Part shown: positions 9,633 to 20,081 of the stretch, one piece after another
How positions within the stretch are numbered: position 1 is the first letter of the stretch
Layout: every line of letters starts with the position of its first letter
Source: a virus
Reading direction: 5' to 3' (one strand)
Virus record (IMG/VR): IMGVR_UViG_3300023179_000031
Span: 32,001-96,000 of that record
DNA: 64,000 nucleotides
The notes under the pieces: model-generated
The model's input: the letters and a program-made list of their open reading frames with translations, nothing else
Told to the model about the DNA's origin: nothing
Database searches by the model: none
Position numbers and translations under genes: made by a program

Positions 9633-12284
9633 ATGTCAACATCGGACGTAGTAATAAATATAGTTCCAAATAAATCAGACGTTGCTAACAACAATGTTGT
9701 AGTAAGTTGTCAAAAAACAGGTAATTATAAAATTGTAGATAATAGTAAAAATAAAAAAACAGAAACAGTAAGAGCTATAGAATTAGAATACACAGACCGG
9801 TTTAACAAGAAACGTCCAAGTTTTGGTATAATTCCAGTTGTGGCCGCGTTACCAACAACGACAACAACTACCACCACAACACCAACTACTACGACCACCC
9901 CTACACCCGGAGTATCAACAACTCTTGCTCCTACAACTACAACCACAACTACTACCACAACATTACCACCAAATCCATTTATATATGGTGTCGATATTAT
10001 TGGAGATATATGGGAAATCGATGTTGTAAACAAATCATTCCAACTTGTTTCAAAAACTGAAAAACCATATTTAGATTATAATGCGACATGTTATGATCAA
10101 GCTAGAGATCAAATATTTTATTTTTCTAATGAAGCTGGATATTGCATAAATGAAAATGGTATAAAAGATATAATATTTTCGCAACAAGACTTTTCAGGAG
10201 TAACCCCATCTTGTGCAGCTTATTACAATGATGCTATATGGTTCTTTGATCCAAATAATCCAATAATATTACAAAAATTCGCACTAAATTACGTAAAAAA
10301 CGCCCCAGTATTAGCATCACATGATGGTGCTACAGCAGACTATTTTATAAATTATTTTGCTGATAAAGGGCAACAAACTAGTATATCCATTGATGTAAAC
10401 ACCGGAATATTATATGGTATATCACGGGATGTATTTTTTTCTATCGATTTAAATGATCCAGATCCAGCAAGTACTTTCACAATCATAAAAGAATTTTTTA
10501 ATTTGGATGAGAATGGAGTACCAATAATAGCAATAACAAATTTTAATGGATCTATATATGAGTCTGGATTCATTGCGCCAGATGGAAACTGTTCGCCTCA
10601 ATTGGCTTTTAATACAAATTGCAGCATTTTGTATTTACACGTTTCAGAAACTGGAGCTTGGTTCACAATAGATAAGACAAATGGCGATATAACATCTTTA
10701 AATTTTAGCTCATCTTTTGTATTAACAGATGGAAATTATGGATTAGTAGACATATGTGGATCTAGAGTATCTTCAAGAATACCAAATCCACCAACAGAAC
10801 AAAATTGGGAAATATCAGCACAAACGACTGATTCTAACCAAGGTTTTGATATAGATTTTACATCTTCCATAGTTGGTGCATTATTAACAAATATTTTTAT
10901 AGATTGGGGAGATGGCAGAAAATGTATATACAAAAGTGGTGGTAGAAAATCAATCAATTATCGTAATGCTGGAACTTATAATATTAAAATTAGAGGAACT
11001 ATCAAAAATATTCAATTTGCCAATGCTGTTTCAAAAGTAAGATTAAAATCAGTAGGTGTCATACCTGCAAATTTTGGAATTACAACATTTTACAACATGT
11101 TTGCTGGATGTACTGGATTAACAAATATTCCAGAAGATATATTTATTAATTATCCAAATCTAACAACAAATGTTTTTGGAAATACTTTCTCTGGTTGTAC
11201 TGGGCTAACAAGTATACCAGAAAAATTATTCAAAAATCAAATTAGTCTTGGTAATGGAAGTTTTTATGCTACATTCATTAACTGCACAGGGTTAACTAGT
11301 ATACCGGATAATTTATTTAGATATAATACATCTGTTGGTGCAGGTTCTTTTAGTTATACTTTTTCTGGTTGCACATCACTTACAACTGTGCCAGCAGATA
11401 TTTTTAGATATAATACTAAAGTTGATATATCATCATTTATTGGTGTATTTGACAAAGTGACTTTATCAACAACATCATACAACAATCTACTAGCTTCACT
11501 AAATACATATCTAGGATCAAAAACTGGTATGCAATTTAATGCTGGCAATTCAAAGCATAGCGGAAATGGAACAACAGCCAGAACATCATTGATTTCTAAA
11601 GGCTGGAAAATGATAGATGGATCAGACATAGTTTTACATTTAGATTCTCAAAATTCTACAAGCTGGACAGGATCTGGAATTTGGTATGATATAAGTGGAT
11701 TCAAGCATGATGCTAAATTATACAATGGCGCATATTATGATAGCGGGTTTATCGTGTTCGATGGAAGTAATGATTATGCAGAAGTATTACATACAGCATC
11801 TTCTGCTCCATATATAAATGAATGTCTTGCATCCGATTTTGCTTTTGATATATGGGTATATATGTATGTACCGCAAGTGAGGCCATTTGGTAAAATAGTA
11901 TCTAAAGGTAGATTTGCATATCCCGGATTCAATGGTATTACCTTGCAAACAAATAATAATGTGGTAACATCATACATTAACTACAAAACATCTTCAGGCG
12001 TGTCGGTTGGAGGTCTAGGAGCTTCTCTAACTTCAAACGGGTGGACCAATATAGTTTATACAAGAACAAACGGTACTATGTCAGTGTATAAAAATGGACA
12101 ATTCCTTTCGTCCAAACAAGATTCTTATGATTTAAGATCGAATTATAACATAAGAATAGGAAGCAATTACGAGCCAGACAATCAATCTAAACAAAAAATA
12201 GCAGTATTAAAACAATACAGAAGAGGTCTTACATCTCAAGAAATAGCAGCAAGTTATGCTGAATACGCAAGCAGATTTGTGTAA
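9633..12284 (+). CDS. Modular adhesin: N-anchor, poly-Thr, beta-propeller-like, PKD-like, BspA-type LRR, LamG
   Basis: IDWGDG (PKD-like); FSGCTGLTSIPEKLF repeats (BspA LRR); C-terminal LamG (VLHLDSQN..WYDISG..FDGSNDY). Confidence 0.8.
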   Translation: MSTSDVVINIVPNKSDVANNNVVVSCQKTGNYKIVDNSKNKKTETVRAIELEYTDRFNKKRPSFGIIPVVAALPTTTTTTTTTPTTTTTPTPGVSTTLAPTTTTTTTTTTLPPNPFIYGVDIIGDIWEIDVVNKSFQLVSKTEKPYLDYNATCYDQARDQIFYFSNEAGYCINENGIKDIIFSQQDFSGVTPSCAAYYNDAIWFFDPNNPIILQKFALNYVKNAPVLASHDGATADYFINYFADKGQQTSISIDVNTGILYGISRDVFFSIDLNDPDPASTFTIIKEFFNLDENGVPIIAITNFNGSIYESGFIAPDGNCSPQLAFNTNCSILYLHVSETGAWFTIDKTNGDITSLNFSSSFVLTDGNYGLVDICGSRVSSRIPNPPTEQNWEISAQTTDSNQGFDIDFTSSIVGALLTNIFIDWGDGRKCIYKSGGRKSINYRNAGTYNIKIRGTIKNIQFANAVSKVRLKSVGVIPANFGITTFYNMFAGCTGLTNIPEDIFINYPNLTTNVFGNTFSGCTGLTSIPEKLFKNQISLGNGSFYATFINCTGLTSIPDNLFRYNTSVGAGSFSYTFSGCTSLTTVPADIFRYNTKVDISSFIGVFDKVTLSTTSYNNLLASLNTYLGSKTGMQFNAGNSKHSGNGTTARTSLISKGWKMIDGSDIVLHLDSQNSTSWTGSGIWYDISGFKHDAKLYNGAYYDSGFIVFDGSNDYAEVLHTASSAPYINECLASDFAFDIWVYMYVPQVRPFGKIVSKGRFAYPGFNGITLQTNNNVVTSYINYKTSSGVSVGGLGASLTSNGWTNIVYTRTNGTMSVYKNGQFLSSKQDSYDLRSNYNIRIGSNYEPDNQSKQKIAVLKQYRRGLTSQEIAASYAEYASRFV

Positions 12285-12290
12285 TCTAGA

Positions 12291-12319
12291 TTGCAGCTAT
12301 GGTTGTACACCGGTATAAT
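12291..12319 (+). promoter_or_regulatory. Sigma70-type promoter
   Basis: TTGCAG-17 bp-TATAAT, followed by an AAGGAG RBS before 12337. Confidence 0.7.
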
Positions 12320-12336
12320 AACTAAAGGAGTCAAAT

Positions 12337-12549
12337 ATGTCAACAGTAGATGTAGTTACAAACGTAGTCCCAAATAATGAGACAATTAAGAATGCCACGA
12401 CTGTAGTCAATTGCTATAGAACTGGCGCTTTTAATCTTTCAAACGCAACCTATCAAAAATCTATTACATATAACGCGATGGAATCAAAGTATACTAGTAG
12501 ATTTGATGATCTTGGATATTATCACTCAGTAGATGGCGGGAACCCATGA
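12337..12549 (+). CDS. Small protein, stand-alone paralog of the 9633 N-terminal domain
   Basis: MSTVDVVTNVVPN..VVNCYRTG..AMESKYTSRF aligns with MSTSDVVINIVPN..VVSCQKTG..AIELEYTDRF. Confidence 0.8.
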   Translation: MSTVDVVTNVVPNNETIKNATTVVNCYRTGAFNLSNATYQKSITYNAMESKYTSRFDDLGYYHSVDGGNP

Positions 12550-12899
12550 AATATTTAGTTGGCTTAATATTGCTATTAGCTTTAGCTGGATGCTCTGCTA
12601 TTAACTGTTGCTATTTGCCAACAGCCGACATAACAGACATGTACGCACAATATATTGACGAATGGAAGAGTCAAGCAAAAGTAGCTTTTGAGGAAGCAGA
12701 AGCAAAAGTTTTTGTTGTCGCTCCAAAACCAGACGTTGTTGGTCCAGATGAAGATCCAGCAAAATGCGTTTGCAAAGGAACTGGGATAATTATTCATGGA
12801 GATGGTCACAAAACACCGTGTCCATTCCACAGCAAAAGCTCGTCAAGGATGAAAGCGATAGTAGAACAAAAAGGCTTGATAATTCAACAATCAAATTAG
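12546..12899 (+). CDS. Putative lipoprotein with Cys/His zinc-ribbon-like motif
   Basis: Signal peptide with lipobox LAG-C; CVCKGTG..HGDGHKTPCPFH. Confidence 0.7.
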   Translation: MKYLVGLILLLALAGCSAINCCYLPTADITDMYAQYIDEWKSQAKVAFEEAEAKVFVVAPKPDVVGPDEDPAKCVCKGTGIIIHGDGHKTPCPFHSKSSSRMKAIVEQKGLIIQQSN

Positions 12900-12913
12900 T
12901 TACTGGAGAAAAG

Positions 12914-13201
12914 ATGGAAATTGAAACAATACTCAAGATAGTTGCACTATCTATTGGCGCTCTTATTATTTTATCTAACTTTGTAAGGTTTGATACTCTA
13001 CTTGCTAGACTACTTCCTAAAAAGAAAGTGCCTCAAGTAGTTGTTCAAGAAAATAAAGAAGATGAGAAATTTTTGCATATTATTAATCTATGGTATCAAC
13101 TAAAAGATAATTGTGATTCTTATGGTTTGCAATTAGCTGTTGAGAAATTAGACGAAGTGTTCCCATTGCTAAATAGCAGGAAAGACGAGAGTGCGAAATG
13201 A
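12914..13201 (+). CDS. Single-TM membrane protein
   Basis: ATG at 12914 follows a GGAG RBS; N-terminal hydrophobic helix. Confidence 0.65.
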   Translation: MEIETILKIVALSIGALIILSNFVRFDTLLARLLPKKKVPQVVVQENKEDEKFLHIINLWYQLKDNCDSYGLQLAVEKLDEVFPLLNSRKDESAK

Positions 13202-13662
13202 CTAAAAACGCTATAGCCGTACTACTAATTATGTACGGCATTTTTGGTAATAGTTTATTCTATAATCCAGATAAGCCAACGCCACCATCTCCCTCTCCAT
13301 CTGTAGCTATTTTAAACATTGATAAGCCTACAGAAGCCGTTTTGGCTAAAGTACAAAAGTTTTCAGATCTTGTTGAAGATCCAACAGATAGAGCAAAGCT
13401 AGCAATATTTAACCATCAGTTTGCAACTAGAGTAGTTGCCTATGATACTAATTTACAGCAACTAAATGATGTTTACGTATTGGCTGGTAAAAATTTCTTC
13501 AAAGATTCTATTCATGGAAAATATAAAGCTTTACCAGACATGATCATTAGTCTAATTCAAGACACTACAACAGATGAAAATCACGTATTAACATCTGATG
13601 AGAAAAACAAAATAAGCGAAAATTTTATGGGAGTTGCTTGGGTGCTTATCCAGAAAAAGTGA
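13198..13662 (+). CDS. Membrane-anchored/secreted hypothetical protein
   Basis: N-terminal hydrophobic segment then a Pro-rich linker (PDKPTPPSPSP); ATGA coupling. Confidence 0.65.
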   Translation: MTKNAIAVLLIMYGIFGNSLFYNPDKPTPPSPSPSVAILNIDKPTEAVLAKVQKFSDLVEDPTDRAKLAIFNHQFATRVVAYDTNLQQLNDVYVLAGKNFFKDSIHGKYKALPDMIISLIQDTTTDENHVLTSDEKNKISENFMGVAWVLIQKK

Positions 13663-13664
13663 TT

Positions 13665-14390
13665 ATGACAAAAGTTGCATTAGTATGTATTGCAAAAAAT
13701 GAAGATAATTATATAGACGAGTGGATAAGTTACAATTTTAAGTTAGGCTTTGATGATATTCACGTTTATGCTAACGATTGGAATTTTAAATCTAGTAGCC
13801 CAAACGTTATAGTAAAACACATTCCGGGATCAGAGCAGCAAGTACCAGCTTACAATGATTTTGTACATTGTAACAATTCAAAGTATAATTGGGCTGCTTT
13901 TTTTGATGTAGATGAATTTTTAGTTCTTAAGAAACATAAAAACATTAAACATTTACTATCAGAGTATTCTGAATTTCCAGCTATAGGCATTAATTGGTAT
14001 TTTTTTGGAAGCAATGGTCACGATAAAATCAATGGCAATTATTCCGTTATTGACAGATTTACAAAAAGGCAAAGTATAGCAAATAAACATGTTAAAACAA
14101 TAGCAAGATTACCATGCTATCACACCGTTGGAATACATGATTTAATGAATTGCACTTGGGTTGACACAAATAAAAAACCTCACCGTGGGCCATTTAATGA
14201 AGATTTAGTAGTAGATGTTGCTCATATAAATCACTACTTTACAAAAAGCAAAGAAGAATTTATAACAAAGGTAAATCGGGGCAGGGCAGATACAACGCAA
14301 TACAAAAGACAACTATCAGAATATGACGAAAATAAAAACTGGAACGAAGTAGAAGATCTAATGGCATATAACTTTTATCACAATCTATAG
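13665..14390 (+). CDS. Glycosyltransferase (GT-A fold, GT2/GT92-like)
   Basis: IAKNEDNYIDEWISYN..GFD, WAAFFDVDEFL (DxD motif), HINHYFTKS. Confidence 0.85.
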   Translation: MTKVALVCIAKNEDNYIDEWISYNFKLGFDDIHVYANDWNFKSSSPNVIVKHIPGSEQQVPAYNDFVHCNNSKYNWAAFFDVDEFLVLKKHKNIKHLLSEYSEFPAIGINWYFFGSNGHDKINGNYSVIDRFTKRQSIANKHVKTIARLPCYHTVGIHDLMNCTWVDTNKKPHRGPFNEDLVVDVAHINHYFTKSKEEFITKVNRGRADTTQYKRQLSEYDENKNWNEVEDLMAYNFYHNL

Positions 14391-14398
14391 GTGTTATT

Positions 14399-15034
14399 AT
14401 GATAGAGCTTACTCAAATAGAAACAATCTTAAATAGCATATTCAAGGGTGGCTTTGATCTTAATGGCACTAAAATTGCTTGTCAGTCACCGGCACGTATT
14501 ACAGTAAATGCTATAGACAATGATAATATAGCTATAGATTTTCATGACAATTTACCAAAAGCTACAGTCAAAAAATTAATAGCAATAACTTTACAGGTAG
14601 AGGGAGTTGTATTTAAAAAAGATTCTGGAACAATTAGAATCAAACATTTTCCAGATATTAATTTCGATTACGCAAAAGAAAGTAAAGCTATAGGAGCTTA
14701 TGAGATAGATAATGTTGATTTTCTAGAAATTGAATCAGAAATATCTAAAGAATACGATGACGAGAACAGAAAAAAATTGGCAGACAAGTGCTTGCAATAC
14801 GCCAAAGAGTGGGCTACAATAGCTAGTTATGGAGGCGTGTTGTTTAAGGATTGCGATTTTGACAAGCAGCAAGATCTAAAAGCACAATGCAGAAGCTTCG
14901 TCAAAGAAAGCGTCATGAAAGATGAAGAAGTGCGCTATGGATCAGTGATTCTTACATTTATTTTGATTCAAATCATATTGCCGATTATCATTAAATGGAT
15001 TGTTGAAAGGCTCTTCAAGAGACTTTTTAGTTGA
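14399..15034 (+). CDS. Hypothetical protein with C-terminal TM helix
   Basis: 211-aa ORF ending in VILTFILIQIILPIIIKWIV. Confidence 0.6.
   Translation: MIELTQIETILNSIFKGGFDLNGTKIACQSPARITVNAIDNDNIAIDFHDNLPKATVKKLIAITLQVEGVVFKKDSGTIRIKHFPDINFDYAKESKAIGAYEIDNVDFLEIESEISKEYDDENRKKLADKCLQYAKEWATIASYGGVLFKDCDFDKQQDLKAQCRSFVKESVMKDEEVRYGSVILTFILIQIILPIIIKWIVERLFKRLFS
14792..14820 (+). promoter_or_regulatory. Intragenic sigma70-type promoter upstream of nrdA
   Basis: TTGCAA-17 bp-TACAAT, with TGGGC directly before the -10 box. Confidence 0.5.
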
Positions 15035-15076
15035 AATTATACAATTCAACCCTGAAATACTACAAGGAAAATATTT

Positions 15077-17305
15077 ATGCGTGTTACGAAGAGAAATGGA
15101 AATTCAGAGCATTACAATGTAGAAAAGATACATAAGGTTGTTGAGTGGGCTATTAAGGACATTAATAATGTATCATTGTCTAATATAGAGATGAATGCTA
15201 ACCTATCTCTTCACGATGGAATCACAACTAAAGAAATACATCAGATCTTAATCAAGTCAGCCAATGACTTAACTTCTACGTCTCATCCTAACTATCAATA
15301 TGTTGCGTCGAGACTGTTGAATATGTCTCTTAGAAAAGATTTGTGGGATAGATATGATAGTCCACCATCTTTAACTAAGCACATTAAAACAAATATAGAT
15401 AAGGGTGTATATGACCCATCTATGTTTGAAAAGTGGTCTAAGGAAGATATCAAAGAAATAGAATCGGCCATTGATCATGACAGAGATTATCTATTCACAT
15501 ATGCTGGACTACAGCAAATGATAGATAAGTATCTTGTGCGTAACAGAGCAACTGGGGAAATCTATGAAACTCCACAGTTTGCATACATGGCAATAGCTAT
15601 GGCTCTTTTTAATGTTGTTGATGAAGTAAAGGATGCATACGAATGCTTCTCTACTTTTAAAATCAATCTTCCAACACCAATCATGGCTGGAGTGAGAACT
15701 AAAATCAAACAATTCGCTAGCTGCGTACTTGTAGATGTTAACGATGATTTATCTTCTATTTTCTCTAGCGTACATGCCGTTGGCAAATATACTGCCCGTC
15801 GTGCCGGTATAGGTCTAAACATAGGTAGAATCAGACCTATTAATTCTAGCATTCGCGGTGGTGAAGTTATCCACACCGGCCTTATTCCATACCTTAAGAT
15901 TTTTGAATCAACCGTAAAGGCCACAAGTCAGAATGGCATACGCGGCGGCTCTGCTACTGTGCATGTGCCATTTTGGCACTATGAGATTGAAGACATTGTT
16001 TGTCTCAAGAATAATGCTGGAACTGACGATAATCGTGTTAGAAAGCTAGATTATTCTGTTCAGTTCTCCAAACTGTTTTACGAAAGACTCATAAAAAACG
16101 AAGATATTACTTTGTTCAGCCCAAACGAGGCAGAAGGTCTGTACGAAGCTTTTGGCAACAACGAAGAATTCAATGCTCTGTATGAAAAATACGAGAAGTC
16201 TCGCAACATCAAATTTAAAAAGAAGATTAGTGCTAGAAAGCTAGCAGAGATATTTACAAAAGAAAGACTAGAAACTGGCAGAATTTATGTTATGAACATA
16301 GACAATGCCAACGAGCATGGGTCTTGGAATATTCCAGTTTATATGTCTAATCTGTGCCAAGAGATTATTCATCCAACCAAGCCTATTTCATCAATAGATG
16401 ATAAAGAAGCCGAAATTGGTATTTGTATTTTGTCGGCACTAAATCTAACCGAACTAGATAATGATGATGATATTTCTAATGCTTGTAGAATAGCAGTTAG
16501 AACATTAGAATCAGTCATTGATTATCAAGACTATCCTGTAGCTGCTGGTGAAAATTTCACAAAAAACCGCAGATCTCTTGGTATTGGTATCACAAACCTT
16601 GCAGGATTTTTAGCAAAGAATAAGCTAAAATACAACGATCCAGAAACTCTAAAGCTCGTTCATGCTACTATGGAAAAAATACAGTGGCATTTGCTAAATG
16701 AGTCATGCAGGCTATCCGCTGAACGTGGACCATGCACAAAGTTTAATGAGACAAAATATGCAGATGGGCTGCTTCCTGTAGATTGGTATAAAAAGACGGT
16801 TGACGAACTGGTTAGTCCAGAGTATACTATGGATTGGGAGAGCTTGAGAGCTAGAATTAAAGAGTACGGACTAAGACACTCTACTCTAACAGCTATCATG
16901 CCCTGTGAGTCATCTAGCGTCATCCAGAACAGCACTAATGGAATTGAGCCTGTCAGAAGCCTACTTTCTTACAAGAAGGCTAAAAACGGCATCCTGAAGC
17001 AATTAGTGCCAAACTATGCATCAAGAAAGAATTATTACACACTAGCTTGGGATATGCAAGACAACAAGGCTATTCTCAATATTTGTGCAATTTTACAGAA
17101 ATTTGTAGACATGAGTATTAGCGTGAATCTTTACTATAATTATGCACATTTTCCAGAAGGAAATATTCCATTAAGTGTGTTGATTAAAGACCAAATTTAT
17201 GGGTATAGATATGGTGTAAAGAACTTCTATTACTGCAATACGCCAGACGGAGATGGTAACACAGAAAAGTCTTCTGGTTGTGAATCTGGCTCATGCTCAA
17301 TATAA
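15077..17305 (+). CDS. nrdA: Ribonucleoside-diphosphate reductase alpha subunit (class Ia)
   Basis: ATP cone (MRVTKRNG), PTPIMAG, QFASCVL, SNLCQEI and C-terminal CESGSC. Confidence 0.97.
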   Translation: MRVTKRNGNSEHYNVEKIHKVVEWAIKDINNVSLSNIEMNANLSLHDGITTKEIHQILIKSANDLTSTSHPNYQYVASRLLNMSLRKDLWDRYDSPPSLTKHIKTNIDKGVYDPSMFEKWSKEDIKEIESAIDHDRDYLFTYAGLQQMIDKYLVRNRATGEIYETPQFAYMAIAMALFNVVDEVKDAYECFSTFKINLPTPIMAGVRTKIKQFASCVLVDVNDDLSSIFSSVHAVGKYTARRAGIGLNIGRIRPINSSIRGGEVIHTGLIPYLKIFESTVKATSQNGIRGGSATVHVPFWHYEIEDIVCLKNNAGTDDNRVRKLDYSVQFSKLFYERLIKNEDITLFSPNEAEGLYEAFGNNEEFNALYEKYEKSRNIKFKKKISARKLAEIFTKERLETGRIYVMNIDNANEHGSWNIPVYMSNLCQEIIHPTKPISSIDDKEAEIGICILSALNLTELDNDDDISNACRIAVRTLESVIDYQDYPVAAGENFTKNRRSLGIGITNLAGFLAKNKLKYNDPETLKLVHATMEKIQWHLLNESCRLSAERGPCTKFNETKYADGLLPVDWYKKTVDELVSPEYTMDWESLRARIKEYGLRHSTLTAIMPCESSSVIQNSTNGIEPVRSLLSYKKAKNGILKQLVPNYASRKNYYTLAWDMQDNKAILNICAILQKFVDMSISVNLYYNYAHFPEGNIPLSVLIKDQIYGYRYGVKNFYYCNTPDGDGNTEKSSGCESGSCSI

Positions 17306-17314
17306 AGGTGTATT

Positions 17315-17722
17315 ATGAAACCCGATCTTTTTTCTAAAGTAAAGTCTAAAATCGAATGTCCTCCAGCAACTCAGGATATTGAACTAAATCTAGAGAATAG
17401 ACAAAAATGTATTGATATTGCTCACTACGGGCCAGCTAATCCAGCGTTAGATAATGATGAGTATTGGCAGCGTAAAGCTGATCAATTTAAAACATCTATT
17501 GAAGAAGCAAAGACCATGAGATGCAGTAATTGTGCAGCATTTGTGGTAAAACAAAAAATGCTAGATTGCATTTCTGTTGGTATCGATCCAGATGAAGAAG
17601 GAGAGGCTTTAGAGATTATCGACCTAGCCAACCTTGGATATTGTGAATTATTTGATTTTAAGTGTGCGGGCGACAGAACTTGTGACGCATGGATTGTAAA
17701 TGGGCCACTCAAGGATAAATAA
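17315..17722 (+). CDS. Cys-rich phage hypothetical protein
   Basis: CSNCAAF...LGYCELFDFKCAGDRTCDAW pattern; lies between nrdA and nrdB. Confidence 0.7.
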   Translation: MKPDLFSKVKSKIECPPATQDIELNLENRQKCIDIAHYGPANPALDNDEYWQRKADQFKTSIEEAKTMRCSNCAAFVVKQKMLDCISVGIDPDEEGEALEIIDLANLGYCELFDFKCAGDRTCDAWIVNGPLKDK

Positions 17723-17901
17723 TGTCAAGAGATTATCATAAAATTTGTCAGTCAATTCAAGCATCGAGCGATAAAATATACGCTGGTGAACACCACATTC
17801 TTAGCGAATTACAATCTATTAGGAGTGAATTAAAGATTATATCAAAAAAACTAGATAAAGTATTAGACATGGTAATAAGAATTATTAAGGAGTCAAACTA
17901 G
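17722..17901 (+). CDS. Small coiled-coil protein (59 aa, not in ORF track)
   Basis: ATG overlaps the upstream TAA; MSRDYHKICQ...LDMVIRIIKESN* fills the gap exactly up to nrdB. Confidence 0.55.
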   Translation: MSRDYHKICQSIQASSDKIYAGEHHILSELQSIRSELKIISKKLDKVLDMVIRIIKESN

Positions 17902-17902
17902 C

Positions 17903-18979
17903 ATGAAAACTATATTAAACAAAGCAAACGTAGATTACATGTCTCAACCTTTATTTTTGGGCGAAGATCTATCTCTACAACGATATGACAAATTTAAGTA
18001 TCCGGTATTTTTTGATCTATACAAGAAGCAGATTGAGTTTTTCTGGCGACCAGAAGAAATAGAACTTAAAAAAGACAGAAATGACTTCAAGAATAGCGAT
18101 ATAATGTCTGAGAATGAACGTTTCATTTTTACATCAAATTTGAAGTATCAGACAATGATGGATAGCGTGATTTGCAGGGGCGTTCCAACCCTTGTGGAAT
18201 ACGTATCTAATCCAGAGCTAGAAGCCTGCATGAATGTGTGGCAATTTTTTGAGCAAATTCATAGTTATAGTTACACATATATCATTAAAAATGTGTACAG
18301 TAATCCAAGCGAAATTTTAGACAGTTGCCTCACAGATAAGGAAATTTTGAAGAGAGCAAACGTCGCAATTAAAGAATATAATGCTTTACGAGAAATTGGA
18401 AATGGAACAACAAAAGACATAAAAAAGCAGATATATCTAACGCTAATTAGTGTAAATATATTAGAAGCGGTGCGTTTTTACGTATCGTTTATATGCGCCT
18501 TCGCTTTTGCGGAGAACAAAAAGATGATTGGTAACGCAGACATAATTAAGCTCATTAAGCGTGACGAAGCGTTACATCTATATAACACTCAAGAAATCAT
18601 CAAAATCTTACGCACCGTTCCAGAAGAGGGATTTATTAAGATTGCAGAAGAGTGCGAAGAAGACGCTGTTAAAATGTTTGAGTCTGCCGCAGCAGAAGAA
18701 AAGGCTTGGGCAGAGTATCTATTTAAAGATGGGTCAATTATTGGCCTCAATGAAAGAGTTATGGCAGAATACATAGATTGGCTATGTATGACCAGAAGAA
18801 AAAATATCGGCTTGCCATATGATAAAGGTTGTAAAAATCCTATTGCTGGTTGGACAGACCCTTGGATGAATAGCGAAGCTGTTCAAGTAGCACCACAAGA
18901 ACATGAAATTACTTCATATAAAATTGGTGCAAGCAAGAATGATCTTGAAGAAATTGATTTAGGAGGATTTGACCTATGA
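17903..18979 (+). CDS. nrdB: Ribonucleotide reductase beta subunit
   Basis: FFWRPEEI, EQIHSYSY, LEAVRFYVSF, RDEALH, VAPQEHEITSY. Confidence 0.97.
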   Translation: MKTILNKANVDYMSQPLFLGEDLSLQRYDKFKYPVFFDLYKKQIEFFWRPEEIELKKDRNDFKNSDIMSENERFIFTSNLKYQTMMDSVICRGVPTLVEYVSNPELEACMNVWQFFEQIHSYSYTYIIKNVYSNPSEILDSCLTDKEILKRANVAIKEYNALREIGNGTTKDIKKQIYLTLISVNILEAVRFYVSFICAFAFAENKKMIGNADIIKLIKRDEALHLYNTQEIIKILRTVPEEGFIKIAEECEEDAVKMFESAAAEEKAWAEYLFKDGSIIGLNERVMAEYIDWLCMTRRKNIGLPYDKGCKNPIAGWTDPWMNSEAVQVAPQEHEITSYKIGASKNDLEEIDLGGFDL

Positions 18980-19401
18980 ATAATATTAACGTAAAACTTC
19001 TTGAAGAATTTGCAAAAATTCCAACTAGAGCCAATCAAAATGATGCTGGATGGGATCTCTATTCTACTATAGATACCATAATACCACCAAAACAACGCAA
19101 AACTGTCAAAACGGGGATAGCACTAGAGATGCCAGAACATATGGCTGGATTAATTTGGCCGCGTTCTGGACTATCTGTGAAACAAGGGATAGACGTACTA
19201 GCTGGGGTTGTAGACTCTGGTTATAGAGGAGAAATCATGGTTTGTTTATACAATACCTCTGATGATAATGTATCAATAAATCGTGGGGATAGAATCGCTC
19301 AGATTATATTCCAAGAGGTGCCTCGCGTCATGATGCTTCATCAAGAAGGGCTGGGTTCCTCGCAACGAGGAGACAATGGCTTTGGCAGCAGCGGCAAATA
19401 A
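18976..19401 (+). CDS. dut: Trimeric dUTPase
   Basis: AGWDL, PRSG, GVVDSGYRGE, RIAQ, RGDNGFGSSG. Confidence 0.97.
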   Translation: MNNINVKLLEEFAKIPTRANQNDAGWDLYSTIDTIIPPKQRKTVKTGIALEMPEHMAGLIWPRSGLSVKQGIDVLAGVVDSGYRGEIMVCLYNTSDDNVSINRGDRIAQIIFQEVPRVMMLHQEGLGSSQRGDNGFGSSGK

Positions 19402-20074
19402 CAATAACGGCAGACACAATAAAAAATCTAAAAAAGAAAAGCAGACTCCTAAACAAAATGTACTAGAAGCTAAAACTGAAAACCAAAGAAATTACATCAG
19501 ATCTATTATAGAAAATGATGTGACTTTCTGTACTGGACCATCTGGTACTGGAAAATCTTTTATAGCTGCTGGCATTGCAGCTTCTCGCTTGCTAAAGGAT
19601 GAAGTTGAAACAATTATAGTCACTAGACCACTAGTGTGTACTGGAAAAGACATAGGATCTTTACCCGGAGAATTGAATGATAAAATTAAACCATATTTAG
19701 CACCAATGGAAGAAAATTTAAAATACTTCCTAGGACGCGACAAGTTTGGTTTATATTTTAATACTAGAAGAATTAGATTTGAACCACTTGAAACAATGCG
19801 TGGTGCTACATTTCATAATGCTTATATGATCCTTGACGAAGCTCAAAATTGCACTATGGAACAGATTAAAATGTTTATAACAAGAATGGGAGATCATTCT
19901 AAAGTTATTATAAATGGTGATACAAAACAGACAGATTTATATAGAGATAGCGGACTATATTATTGCCTAGAAAAGCTTGATAAAGTTCAGGGTGTTGGTA
20001 TATGCTCTTTAGGCTATAATGATATACAGAGAAATGGTATTCTTGGAAGGATTTTAAACGCTTTAGAATCGTAG
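19376..20074 (+). CDS. phoH: PhoH-family ATPase
   Basis: GPSGTGKS, MRGATF, ILDEAQN, TRMG, GDTKQTD. Confidence 0.95.
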   Translation: MALAAAANNNNGRHNKKSKKEKQTPKQNVLEAKTENQRNYIRSIIENDVTFCTGPSGTGKSFIAAGIAASRLLKDEVETIIVTRPLVCTGKDIGSLPGELNDKIKPYLAPMEENLKYFLGRDKFGLYFNTRRIRFEPLETMRGATFHNAYMILDEAQNCTMEQIKMFITRMGDHSKVIINGDTKQTDLYRDSGLYYCLEKLDKVQGVGICSLGYNDIQRNGILGRILNALES

Positions 20075-20081
20075 GAATTTT

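Noticed and set aside
12764-12913. Extended overlapping 5' region of ORF 12764 (embedded spanin-like overlap or frameshift)
   Set aside because: A good RBS and ATG at 12914 explain the gene, and the upstream extension looks like non-coding read-through.
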